From NCBI GenBank assembly GCA_902590705.1, contig CACIXU010000003.1, positions 72,574 to 136,573 on the forward strand: 64,000 bases of DNA. The letters run 5' to 3'. Shown here piece after piece: positions 55,989 to 64,000 of this stretch. Below the pieces are notes generated by a model. That model worked only from the letters and a program-made list of their open reading frames with translations, did not search any database and had not been told where the DNA came from. The first letter of the stretch is position 1. The number at the start of each line of letters is the position of its first letter. A program made the translations under genes and the position numbers. This stretch comes from an uncultured Bacteroidota bacterium (GTDB lineage: Bacteria; Bacteroidota; Bacteroidia; Flavobacteriales; Flavobacteriaceae).

Positions 55989-56711
55989 TTAAAATTTACT
56001 ACGGTATTTTTTACTCTGTATTATAAGATAATCTATTAGCTGAAACTGCTGACTTTGGTTAAGTAATTTTTGAGATGGCAAATTATCATCTATATATTCC
56101 AAAAATCCAACTATCTGATCATCCCTAAGCTCAAGATCACTCTTAAAAAAAGAAATATCGAATACATAACTGAGTACCTCGCTAGGCTTTAAATTTCTTT
56201 TTTCTTCCTCAGTTTTTTTACTTACAATTTGTGCTATAAGCTTAGCAACATTAATAAGGTTAAGACCGTTATTTAGTTGACCTTGTCTGACTATTGTATT
56301 TTCTAGGCGAGTTGATTTGTCTCTTTCATAATCAAAACCTTTAAACTCTTCTTCCTTCAAATTAAGAAATTTTTCAGCATTATCAGGCGTGATAACAACC
56401 TCTTCCAAAGCGTTAATTTTCTCATTAACTGTAATGATAAGTCTATTTTTTTGAATGATTTCTGGAGTGATTTCGACTGTACGGATCATGAATTGAACCG
56501 AAGAAAAAACCACTTCATCTCCAGTTTTAACTAGAATTTCAAATGCCCCCTCCCCATCAGTAATTGTATTTATTTGAGCAGTAATGTTGACTACATTGGC
56601 AGCTACGACATTAATATTACGATAGATTAGCCTTCCTTTGATTGGTATTCTGTCCTGGGCAAAGGCTATCACTTGAAAAACAAGAAAGAATATCAAAAGT
56701 TTAAATTTCAT
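55989..56711 (-). CDS. Carboxypeptidase-regulatory-like (CarboxypepD_reg) domain protein
   Basis: Signal peptide followed by IKGRLIY...ITDGEGAFEILVKTGDEVVFSSVQF, typical of the small beta-sandwich domain. Confidence 0.6.
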   Translation of the reverse strand: MKFKLLIFFLVFQVIAFAQDRIPIKGRLIYRNINVVAANVVNITAQINTITDGEGAFEILVKTGDEVVFSSVQFMIRTVEITPEIIQKNRLIITVNEKINALEEVVITPDNAEKFLNLKEEEFKGFDYERDKSTRLENTIVRQGQLNNGLNLINVAKLIAQIVSKKTEEEKRNLKPSEVLSYVFDISFFKSDLELRDDQIVGFLEYIDDNLPSQKLLNQSQQFQLIDYLIIQSKKYRSKF

Positions 56712-56808
56712 AATCTAAAGATAAAAGCTAATTTGAAGATAGTCGTTAAAAGGTTATTTATTTATTAAATTTCCAATATAAATTGATTTTAATAGTTTTG
56801 AAACGTAT

Positions 56809-57252
56809 ATGACTATAAAAAGTATAAGCGCTAACGAAACATTTACTGTAAGACAGCCTGTTCTTCGACCTGACAGACCAATAGAGGACTGTTGCTTTGA
56901 ATTGGACAATCATGCATCAAGCCTCCACCTCGGTATGGAGTTCAATGGGGAAATTATTGCTGTTTTATCTGCTTTACCTATTAAGTGTGAGAATTTCCCT
57001 AACCTTAAGAGTATGAGATTAAGAGGTATTGCAACACTTCATGCATTTCAAAAAAAGGGTTTGGGTTCACAATTGATGATAGAGGTTGAGAAAAGATTAC
57101 TTAAATTAAAAAAAATTAAATTACTCTGGCTAAATGCTAGGATCAGTGCTAAACCATTTTATCAAAATTTAGGCTATGAGACTATGGGAGAAACTTTTAA
57201 TATTCAGGGCGTTGGAGACCATCAATTCATGTATAAAAAACTTTTGGAATGA
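56809..57252 (+). CDS. GNAT-family N-acetyltransferase
   Basis: Acetyl-CoA motif FQKKGLGSQLM; 147 aa. Confidence 0.8.
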   Translation: MTIKSISANETFTVRQPVLRPDRPIEDCCFELDNHASSLHLGMEFNGEIIAVLSALPIKCENFPNLKSMRLRGIATLHAFQKKGLGSQLMIEVEKRLLKLKKIKLLWLNARISAKPFYQNLGYETMGETFNIQGVGDHQFMYKKLLE

Positions 57253-57968
57253 ACCGATCCGAATTTTTAAGAACTACCCTAGGAATTATAGCTTTATCCT
57301 ATACCTATATGAAACCTAATAAAAATTACGACCCTTTAATTCTGATAGGAAAAGGAAGTCCAAAATTGGTAGGCTCAAGCTTTACCATTTTACCCGAGGT
57401 AAAGGTTGCGCTAGAAAAAATGACTCAGGCTGCCAAAAGTGACGGAATAGAAATCAAAGTTGTCTCCGCATATCGTTCTTATGACCGACAAAAAGGCATT
57501 TGGAATAGTAAATTTATTCGGTTTGAAAAACAAGGATTCAGAAACATTGCCATTATTGATCAGATCATTAAATACTCGACCATACCTGGTACTTCCAGAC
57601 ATCATTGGGGAACAGATATTGATATTATTGATGGATCCCAAACTAATAAAGGTGATTTGTTAGTCTCAAAAAATTTCCACGGTAGCGGCCCTTTCAACAA
57701 ACTTAGAAAATGGATGGAGTCGAATGCTGAAAAATTTGGTTTTCTAAAACCTTATAATCAAGACCCTGAGAGAAAGGGTTTTAATTACGAACCATGGCAT
57801 TACAGTTATGCAGAAAAATCTATACCGATGCTGAATGCCTATTTAGAATTAGATGCTATCTCATTGATAAAAGATCGTGATCTATTGGGTGCAGATTTAT
57901 TGGATTCAAAATTTATTAAAACCTACCTCAATACTCATATACTGGGAATAGATAAGGCTTTATTATAA
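57249..57968 (+). CDS. M15-family D-alanyl-D-alanine carboxypeptidase (VanY-like)
   Basis: SAYRSYDRQ, SRHHWGTDIDI and EPWHYSY zinc-peptidase motifs. Confidence 0.8.
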   Translation: MNRSEFLRTTLGIIALSYTYMKPNKNYDPLILIGKGSPKLVGSSFTILPEVKVALEKMTQAAKSDGIEIKVVSAYRSYDRQKGIWNSKFIRFEKQGFRNIAIIDQIIKYSTIPGTSRHHWGTDIDIIDGSQTNKGDLLVSKNFHGSGPFNKLRKWMESNAEKFGFLKPYNQDPERKGFNYEPWHYSYAEKSIPMLNAYLELDAISLIKDRDLLGADLLDSKFIKTYLNTHILGIDKALL

Positions 57969-57969
57969 A

Positions 57970-58731
57970 TTAACGTATAAATACAGGAGCAAACGATGAC
58001 GTTGTATTTTCTTCACTGTAAGTATACCCACCAAAATTAAATCCTAATAAGTTTTCCCTAGTTACTTCCTCTAATTCTAGCAAATAACGCACCATCATCC
58101 CTCTCGCCTTTTTAGCATAGAATGAAATCATCTTCAATTTACCGTTTTTAAAATCCTTGAATTGTGGTGAAATTACATTGGTATTTAAAAGCTTGGAATT
58201 GATTGATGAGAAATATTCGTTGCTAGCTAAATTAATAAAAAGTTCTCCCTCATCTAATTCTTTATTAAGAAAACCTGTCACCTTATCCTTCCAAAACTCA
58301 TAAAGGTTATTGTCAGAGCCAACAGAAAACTTAGTACCCATTTCCAATCGGTAAGGTTGAATTAGATCTAATGGTTTTAAAATACCATATAGTCCTGAGA
58401 GAATCCTAAGACTGTTTTGCATAGCGCTAATTTTGTCCTCTGAAAGGGAATATACATCCAAACCCGAGTAAACATCTCCATCGAAAGCGTAAATAGCTGG
58501 ACGGGCATTATCTGGATTAAAAGGAGTTGTAAAGTTTTGATTTCTTTCCCAGTTTAGACCACCCAACTTATCAGAAATTTTCAACAATTCTGACAACTCT
58601 ACAGGAGATTTTTCCCTTAATAAATCATTAATTTGTTTAGCTTCAGCTAAAAAAAATGGGTTAGAATTTTTATCTGTAGGCAAGTCAGAATCAAAATTGA
58701 GAGATTTGGCAGGTGAGATAACCATTTTCAT
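57970..58731 (-). CDS. yaaA: Peroxide-stress protein YaaA (DUF328/UPF0246)
   Basis: N-terminus MKMVISPAKSLNF and a size of 253 aa are typical for the family. Confidence 0.8.
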   Translation of the reverse strand: MKMVISPAKSLNFDSDLPTDKNSNPFFLAEAKQINDLLREKSPVELSELLKISDKLGGLNWERNQNFTTPFNPDNARPAIYAFDGDVYSGLDVYSLSEDKISAMQNSLRILSGLYGILKPLDLIQPYRLEMGTKFSVGSDNNLYEFWKDKVTGFLNKELDEGELFINLASNEYFSSINSKLLNTNVISPQFKDFKNGKLKMISFYAKKARGMMVRYLLELEEVTRENLLGFNFGGYTYSEENTTSSFAPVFIR

Positions 58732-58807
58732 AATTCACTTTTTTTCAAATTTATAATGATTTTTGGGGAAAAAAAATTCTATTGAATTATCATAACTTAT
58801 TGAGATA

Positions 58808-59848
58808 TCAATAATGCTTATGTTTAGAGTAGTTTCTCCATCGCTCAAGGGTAGTTTCAATATCTTTTGGTATTGGGGATTCAAAATCCATCCATCGATT
58901 TGTTTTAGGGTGATTAAACCCGAGAGTTTTCGCATGTAATGCTTGACGAGGTAAGCTGGAAAAACAATTTTGAACAAACTGTTTGTACTTGGTAAAGGTA
59001 GTTCCCTTTAGTATTCTATCGCCACCATAGCGAGCATCATTGAATAAAGTATGCCCTATGTGTTTCATATGGGCTCTAATCTGATGAGTACGACCAGTTT
59101 CAAGGCTACATTCTACTAAAGTAACATAACCCAACCTTTCAATAACCCTAAAGTGAGTAATTGCGGACTTTCCGAAACTTCCATCTGGAAATACTGACAT
59201 TTGAAGACGGTTCTTTGGGTTACGTCCAATATGACCCTCAATTGTGCCCTCTTCCTCTTTAATTTCACCCCAAACTAAAGCAATATATTTTCTAGACGAA
59301 ATCTTATCATGAAATTGTTTGGCCAAATTTACCATCGATTCGTCTGTTTTTGCAATGACAAGTAAACCACTAGTATCCTTATCAATTCGATGAACTAAAC
59401 CAGGGCGATTATTTGAGTTTAATGTTAGCTTTTCAAAGTGATAAAGTAAACCATTAATTAATGTCCCTGAGTAATTTCCATACCCTGGATGAACGACCAT
59501 ACCAGCAGCTTTATTAACTACAATAATATCCTGATCTTCATAAAAGATTTCAATAGGTAAATCTTCCGGAACCAAAAGGTTTTCGTGAGGTGGGTAGGAA
59601 AGTAAAATTTTAATATTGTCACCCCCCTTAACTTTATAATTTGACTTGATAGTCTTTCCGTCCACTTGAATAGCACCTAATTTTGCCGCCTGCTGAATTT
59701 TGCTTCTTGTAACATTTTCTATGCGATTAATCAAAAACTTATCTACTCTGAGAGGTTCTTGTCCTTGATCAGCTTTAAACGAAAAGTGTTCATAAAGTTC
59801 ACCTTCATGGGCCTCAGAGGTTAAAGGAATATTATTTTCTTTTTCCAT
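58808..59848 (-). CDS. rluD: RluA-family 23S rRNA pseudouridine synthase (RluD-like)
   Basis: S4 domain at the N-terminus, catalytic HRIDKDTSGLL, and GRTHQIR. Confidence 0.85.
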   Translation of the reverse strand: MEKENNIPLTSEAHEGELYEHFSFKADQGQEPLRVDKFLINRIENVTRSKIQQAAKLGAIQVDGKTIKSNYKVKGGDNIKILLSYPPHENLLVPEDLPIEIFYEDQDIIVVNKAAGMVVHPGYGNYSGTLINGLLYHFEKLTLNSNNRPGLVHRIDKDTSGLLVIAKTDESMVNLAKQFHDKISSRKYIALVWGEIKEEEGTIEGHIGRNPKNRLQMSVFPDGSFGKSAITHFRVIERLGYVTLVECSLETGRTHQIRAHMKHIGHTLFNDARYGGDRILKGTTFTKYKQFVQNCFSSLPRQALHAKTLGFNHPKTNRWMDFESPIPKDIETTLERWRNYSKHKHY

Positions 59849-60386
59849 TACCCAAAACTAGATCTATTTTAGTTGTTTTTTGTAATAATGTTCCAGGTTC
59901 TATTGGCTCCCCCATATATCTAATTTCTAATACCATATCCCTCCCGATATTGTTCTCGTATGATATATCCCCAATGGAGAAACCCACTGATTTTAGTTTT
60001 ACCTCAGCATTTCTTCGAGTGATTTGAACAACATTTGGAACACTTATCCTACGATATCCTGAGGGATTTAAAGTGACATATATTTTACGATTTTTTTTTA
60101 CCAACTGACCAGCGGAGGGAAGATGCTCAATTACGCTTAATGGTTTAAATTCAGAAGTAAACTTTGAAGAATCAATAATCTCAAATCTTAAATTTTTAGC
60201 CTTTATGATTTCCTCAAGTTTAATGATAGAAATACCTTTTAGATTAGGAACTTCCTGCATGTCGTTATGATAAGTAACTACTTTAAGTACCCAAAGTATC
60301 AGATAAATAAACAGAACCAATACAAGGGTTGAAAGAATAATCTGCTTAATAAAAGCTAAACTGAAAAAGAATCTGAAAAAATTCAT
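59832..60386 (-). CDS. Membrane-anchored PASTA-domain protein
   Basis: N-terminal TM followed by two PASTA-like repeats (VPNLKGISIIKLEE..., VPNVVQITRRNAEVKLKSVGF). It overlaps the rluD start by 17 nt. Confidence 0.7.
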   Translation of the reverse strand: MNFFRFFFSLAFIKQIILSTLVLVLFIYLILWVLKVVTYHNDMQEVPNLKGISIIKLEEIIKAKNLRFEIIDSSKFTSEFKPLSVIEHLPSAGQLVKKNRKIYVTLNPSGYRRISVPNVVQITRRNAEVKLKSVGFSIGDISYENNIGRDMVLEIRYMGEPIEPGTLLQKTTKIDLVLGNGKRK

Positions 60387-60468
60387 CGTTTAAAATGTGA
60401 TCAAAGATAACAAATCACTCGGCTTTTGGATTAATATTAAATACAATACCTTTGTTAAAAGCTTACTA

Positions 60469-61455
60469 ATGTGTAAAAGAGTAGTTGGTATCGCAATGGG
60501 AGGTTATGCTTCTGAAAGAGCAATTTCTCTGGAAAGTGGCAATAATGTATACCAAACTCTTAGCTCAGAAAAATGGGAAATTTATCGACTATTAATTAAT
60601 AAAAATAAATGGATTGTTCTTGATCAAAAAAACAATGAATTCCGATTAGATCAGAAAAATTTCAATTTTAATATCAATGGCAAAACCATTCAATTTGATG
60701 TCATTTTTAATGCTGTCCATGGCATTCCAGGAGAGAATGGAGAATTGGCAGCTACTTTGCAATCTCAAAATATTCCTCAGACCAGTTGTGACCCAATTGC
60801 AGCAGAACTTACTTTCGATAAAAGAAAGTGCTTAGAGATTATAAAAAAAACAGGAGTTTCTGTAGCTAAGTCTTTTCGCTTTGACCATGGAGATCATCTT
60901 GATGAAGAATTAGTTTTAAATGTTGTAGGACTTCCATGTTTTGTAAAACCCAATCGATCTGGGAGTAGCTTTGGAATTATTAAAGTTTACAAGAAAAAAG
61001 ACTTAAAAGATGGGATTGTTTCGGCATTGAAAGAGGATTCGGAGCTGATTATCGAATCAGCCCTGGAGGGACCTGAAATCTCTGTAGGTGTATATACCAA
61101 AAACGATAAAGTAGTTGTTTTGCCTGCTACGGAAATTATATCCAAAAATGATTTTTTTGATTACCAAGCCAAATACGAAGGTAAATCTGAAGAAATAACC
61201 CCTGCAAATCTTGATTCTAGTATGATTGAAAAAGTGAATCAAATTGTTGAAAAAATATACGTTACACTGGAACTTAAGGGAGTCTGTAGAAGTGAATTTA
61301 TATTGGTAGATGGCAATCCTCACCTTCTGGAAATAAATACGGTTCCTGGACTTACACCCGTCAGTCTGATTCCTCATCAACTTAAAGCGGCTGGAATAAC
61401 CTTGGCAGATTTTTTTGATCAGCTACTTGAACAAGCATTGAAAAAAAACAATTAA
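60469..61455 (+). CDS. ddl: D-alanine--D-alanine ligase
   Basis: ATP-grasp Ddl with GGYASEREISL near the N-terminus, FVKPNRSGSSFG, and a C-terminal EINTVPGLT motif. Start moved to the ATG at 60469. Confidence 0.9.
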   Translation: MCKRVVGIAMGGYASERAISLESGNNVYQTLSSEKWEIYRLLINKNKWIVLDQKNNEFRLDQKNFNFNINGKTIQFDVIFNAVHGIPGENGELAATLQSQNIPQTSCDPIAAELTFDKRKCLEIIKKTGVSVAKSFRFDHGDHLDEELVLNVVGLPCFVKPNRSGSSFGIIKVYKKKDLKDGIVSALKEDSELIIESALEGPEISVGVYTKNDKVVVLPATEIISKNDFFDYQAKYEGKSEEITPANLDSSMIEKVNQIVEKIYVTLELKGVCRSEFILVDGNPHLLEINTVPGLTPVSLIPHQLKAAGITLADFFDQLLEQALKKNN

Positions 61456-61464
61456 TTTTGACTC

Positions 61465-61929
61465 ATGAGACGCGCAATTTTTCCAGGTTCCTTTGATCCT
61501 ATTACGTTAGGTCACCAGGATATTATTGAAAGAAGTATTTCTCTTTTTGATGAAATTATTATTGCGGTGGGGACTAATTCGGATAAAAAATATATGTTTA
61601 ACCTAACGCAGCGAATGAAATTCATTGCTGATACCTTTAGGGGAAAAAAATCTATTTCTGTGACTAGCTACGAAGGACTAACAATTGAATTCTGCAAAAA
61701 ATCTGATGCTAATTTTATAATTCGTGGACTTAGAAATCCTGCAGATTTTGAGTTTGAAAAAGCCATCGCTCATACTAATAGAAGTTTATCTGGTATCGAA
61801 ACAGTTTTTCTGCTTACTGCAGCTAAAACATCATTTATAAGTAGTAGAATTGTTCGGGAGGTTATGTCAAATCAAGGAAATTACACAAAACTGGTCCCAA
61901 GTGCAGTTAGAATACAATCTGAACTATAA
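61465..61929 (+). CDS. coaD: Phosphopantetheine adenylyltransferase
   Basis: FPGSFDPITLGH nucleotidyltransferase motif; 154 aa. Confidence 0.95.
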   Translation: MRRAIFPGSFDPITLGHQDIIERSISLFDEIIIAVGTNSDKKYMFNLTQRMKFIADTFRGKKSISVTSYEGLTIEFCKKSDANFIIRGLRNPADFEFEKAIAHTNRSLSGIETVFLLTAAKTSFISSRIVREVMSNQGNYTKLVPSAVRIQSEL

Positions 61930-62523
61930 CTCTAAATCCCTAAATAAAATTTTGATATTTTCATAGGAGTTTTCCATCAACTTAGGAACCTGATCAGTTG
62001 TTTTCCAAACTGCCTGTAAAATTCCTTCCTCAAACTGTGGAGTTAATGGACCCTTGTAGTTAGTAAACATCAAATACCAATGAGTTTTTTTGAGCTTGTA
62101 CTTACGATTTTTAGAAAAGATATGATAGGTAATGGGAAGTGGTTTTTTTAAAATTAAATCCCTAACACCAGTCTCCTCCATCACCTCTCTTAACGCTCCA
62201 TCAGTAATCATCTCATTTTTTTCAACTCTTCCTTTTGGCATATCCCACAAATTATTCCTGTAAATGAATAAAATTTTACTATTAGCATGTTGAACTACTC
62301 CGCCCGCTGCTACAACTAATGGAAAGTGTTTTAAGAAATGTTTCCACAGCTTTTCCTTATTAGTATGGTACAAATAAACTCCCTTGACCTTTTTAGATTT
62401 AAGGGCAGTTACAATCAATTTTGCGTTACTAAATTTGATGTAAAAAAATGGAGTATTGTCATTGTGATCCACAATTTCATTAGTTAATTCTACAAATTTT
62501 CTATTGAAAAAAACTTTATACAT
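61924..62523 (-). CDS. NUDIX hydrolase
   Basis: Nudix box GRVEKNEMITDGALREVMEETGV. I prefer the ATG at 62523 (MYKVFFN...). The alternative ATG at 62544 would overlap the pyrE 5' end. Confidence 0.8.
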   Translation of the reverse strand: MYKVFFNRKFVELTNEIVDHNDNTPFFYIKFSNAKLIVTALKSKKVKGVYLYHTNKEKLWKHFLKHFPLVVAAGGVVQHANSKILFIYRNNLWDMPKGRVEKNEMITDGALREVMEETGVRDLILKKPLPITYHIFSKNRKYKLKKTHWYLMFTNYKGPLTPQFEEGILQAVWKTTDQVPKLMENSYENIKILFRDLEL

Positions 62524-62529
62524 TTGTGT

Positions 62530-63177
62530 ATGATTCATGATCAAAAAATAGCATTTGAAACTGCTAGATATTTATTGCAAATAAATGCAATTAAATTGAA
62601 TCCTAAAAATCCTTTTCAATGGTCTAGCGGTTGGAAATCACCAATATATTGTGATAACAGAATTGCATTATCCTTCCCCGAAGTGAGAAACCACCTCTGT
62701 GATAAACTTGTGGATCAAGCTAGAGTGATTTATGGAGAGAAATTCGTTATCGCTGGAGTAGCAACTGGAGCAATAGGTATAGGAGTATTAGTAGCCAATG
62801 CGATGGGACTCCCCTTTCTCTATGTTAGGCCACAACCAAAATCTCATGGGAGGAAAAACCAGATTGAAGGTCAGCTTGAAATTGGTGCTAAAGTATTGGT
62901 CATAGAAGATCTTATATCTACCGGAAAAAGTAGCCTAGGAGCTGTTAGGGTACTTCAGGATGCTGGAGCAGAGGTACTGGGAATGTTAGCCTTATTTACT
63001 TACAATTTCGAAATCTCTAATCAAAACTTTTCGAAAGCAGCTGTGCCACTCAACACATTGAGTGATTATGACCACCTTATCAAAGAAGCAGTAAACTTAG
63101 ATTACATTGAAGAAGAGCATATTGAGCTTTTGCGATCTTGGCGATCCAATCCCAGCAAATGGGATACTGATCAGTAA
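62530..63177 (+). CDS. pyrE: Orotate phosphoribosyltransferase
   Basis: PRPP-binding motif VLVIEDLISTGKSS. The ATG at 62530 lies within a track ORF that opens on TTG at 62524. Confidence 0.9.
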   Translation: MIHDQKIAFETARYLLQINAIKLNPKNPFQWSSGWKSPIYCDNRIALSFPEVRNHLCDKLVDQARVIYGEKFVIAGVATGAIGIGVLVANAMGLPFLYVRPQPKSHGRKNQIEGQLEIGAKVLVIEDLISTGKSSLGAVRVLQDAGAEVLGMLALFTYNFEISNQNFSKAAVPLNTLSDYDHLIKEAVNLDYIEEEHIELLRSWRSNPSKWDTDQ

Positions 63178-63908
63178 ATCATTTCAACTCCACCGTTAGA
63201 ATATTGCATAACTTTTTTGGATTTTTTTTCTATAGTCAATAAACCATGATCGCTCACACCTATTATCCTTCCTAAAAAATTACTCCCATTCGTTTTAAAT
63301 TGACACCATTCCCCTTTTTTGTAAATTGATTTTTCAAAACTAGATAATAATTGGACTTTATTTGGCTTTTTAAGCAAGTCAAAAAAAATATTAAGCGTGT
63401 CGAGTAATTCCTCAAAGACTTTTTTTAGGTCATATTTTTTATTTGTCTTAAGAAACATTGAGCCAGCAGAAGGAAGGTCGATAAAAGATTTTTGGTTAAC
63501 ATTTATTCCTATTCCAGCTATAGATGCATTTAACTTTTTTCCCTTTATAATATTTTCAATTAAAACTCCACCTATTTTATTATTGGCTGACAAAATGTCG
63601 TTTGGCCATTTTATTTTTAAATTAGGTATTTTAAACTTTTCCAATGTCTCAATAATAGCTAGTGTAACTGCACAATTAATTAAAAAAGAATCGTACGAAT
63701 TTAATCCTGAAAAACGCTTAAACACACTAAATGTTATGTTTTTTTGACTATCTGATGACCAAACATTAGAATGCTGACCTCTCCCTTTGGTTTGATTCAT
63801 AGTCCATACAACATCACCGTCATGGCAATTTCCTGATTGTAGTTCATTTTTTAACCAGTCATTGGTTGAGCCAATGGCATTAAGTTTGATTATATTGAAT
63901 TTGGTCAT
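63171..63908 (-). CDS. birA: Biotin--[acetyl-CoA-carboxylase] ligase (class I, no HTH domain)
   Basis: KGRGQHSNVW biotin-binding loop variant of GRGRxGRxW; 245 aa. Confidence 0.85.
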   Translation of the reverse strand: MTKFNIIKLNAIGSTNDWLKNELQSGNCHDGDVVWTMNQTKGRGQHSNVWSSDSQKNITFSVFKRFSGLNSYDSFLINCAVTLAIIETLEKFKIPNLKIKWPNDILSANNKIGGVLIENIIKGKKLNASIAGIGINVNQKSFIDLPSAGSMFLKTNKKYDLKKVFEELLDTLNIFFDLLKKPNKVQLLSSFEKSIYKKGEWCQFKTNGSNFLGRIIGVSDHGLLTIEKKSKKVMQYSNGGVEMIY

Positions 63909-63966
63909 TTATTAGGACGATATAAAACTAAAAAGTAATAAATTTGTGTAAATTTAATGCATTTTA

Positions 63967-64000
63967 ATGGCAAAACCGAAGTCTTCTGAAGACGACCTTA
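63967..64000 (+). CDS. 5' end of an unidentified CDS running off the right edge
   Basis: ATG at 63967 followed by an open frame (MAKPKSSEDDL...) to the window end. Only 11 codons are visible, so the product cannot be called. Confidence 0.3.
   Translation, partial: MAKPKSSEDDL

Noticed and set aside
58735-58977. 80-aa minus-strand ORF overlapping the rluD 3' end
   Set aside because: It overlaps rluD (58808..59848) in another frame for 170 nt. The remainder fits in the short rluD-yaaA spacer. It has no motif support.
61057-61380. 107-aa minus-strand ORF antisense to ddl (also 63397..63747 antisense to birA, and 8456..8698 and 9085..9351 antisense to the propeller gene)
   Set aside because: These are shadow ORFs inside confidently called genes and carry no recognisable motifs.
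1-64000. Scan for CRISPR arrays, IS elements or transposases, prophage genes, RM/TA/defence genes, and rRNA
   Set aside because: I saw no regularly spaced direct repeats, no transposase-, integrase- or phage-like ORFs, and no rRNA-like sequence. The only RNA gene I can support is tRNA-Val.

Overview
This is a visibly AT-rich, very gene-dense chromosomal segment; I did not compute the GC content. I count about 66 protein genes and one tRNA. The gene content points to a Flavobacteriia-type Bacteroidota genome (inference). It carries gliding/T9SS genes (gldB-gldC, gldJ, porV), a TAnnTTTG-type -7 box upstream of mraZ, and murF and ddl unlinked from the dcw cluster. Most of the window is housekeeping: the promoter-proximal end of the dcw cluster (mraZ-rsmH-ftsL-ftsI-murE), dnaG, rlmN, queA, aroA, obg, adk, purK/purE, gcvP, pdhA/E2, acs, murF, ddl, coaD, pyrE and birA. 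Packing is extreme, with seven convergent gene pairs that overlap or sit 1 nt apart. I found no transposase, integrase, CRISPR array, restriction-modification genes, toxin-antitoxin pair or recognisable defence gene. I cannot point to a convincing novel multi-gene system. The non-core patches are these. (i) At 7.75-9.63 kb an isolated 7-repeat beta-propeller-like secreted protein is flanked by unusually long ORF-free spacers. (ii) At 45.0-49.2 kb there is a secreted esterase / sulfatase / beta-helix trio. (iii) At 49.8-51.5 kb, next to tRNA-Val(GAC), lies an 869-nt extremely AT-rich ORF-poor stretch. It contains an unannotated 29-codon CDGSH-type Fe-S mini-ORF, a G-rich Shine-Dalgarno-like motif that recurs at 8.05 kb, and an orphan GC-rich intrinsic terminator. 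Other sequence-level observations: a triple GTGGT MraZ-operator-like repeat in front of mraZ, a DnaG in which all four canonical zinc ligands are replaced, and a 15-bp perfect inverted repeat between porV and pdhA. All functional calls rest on motifs I could read in the translations and on gene context. No database search was run.
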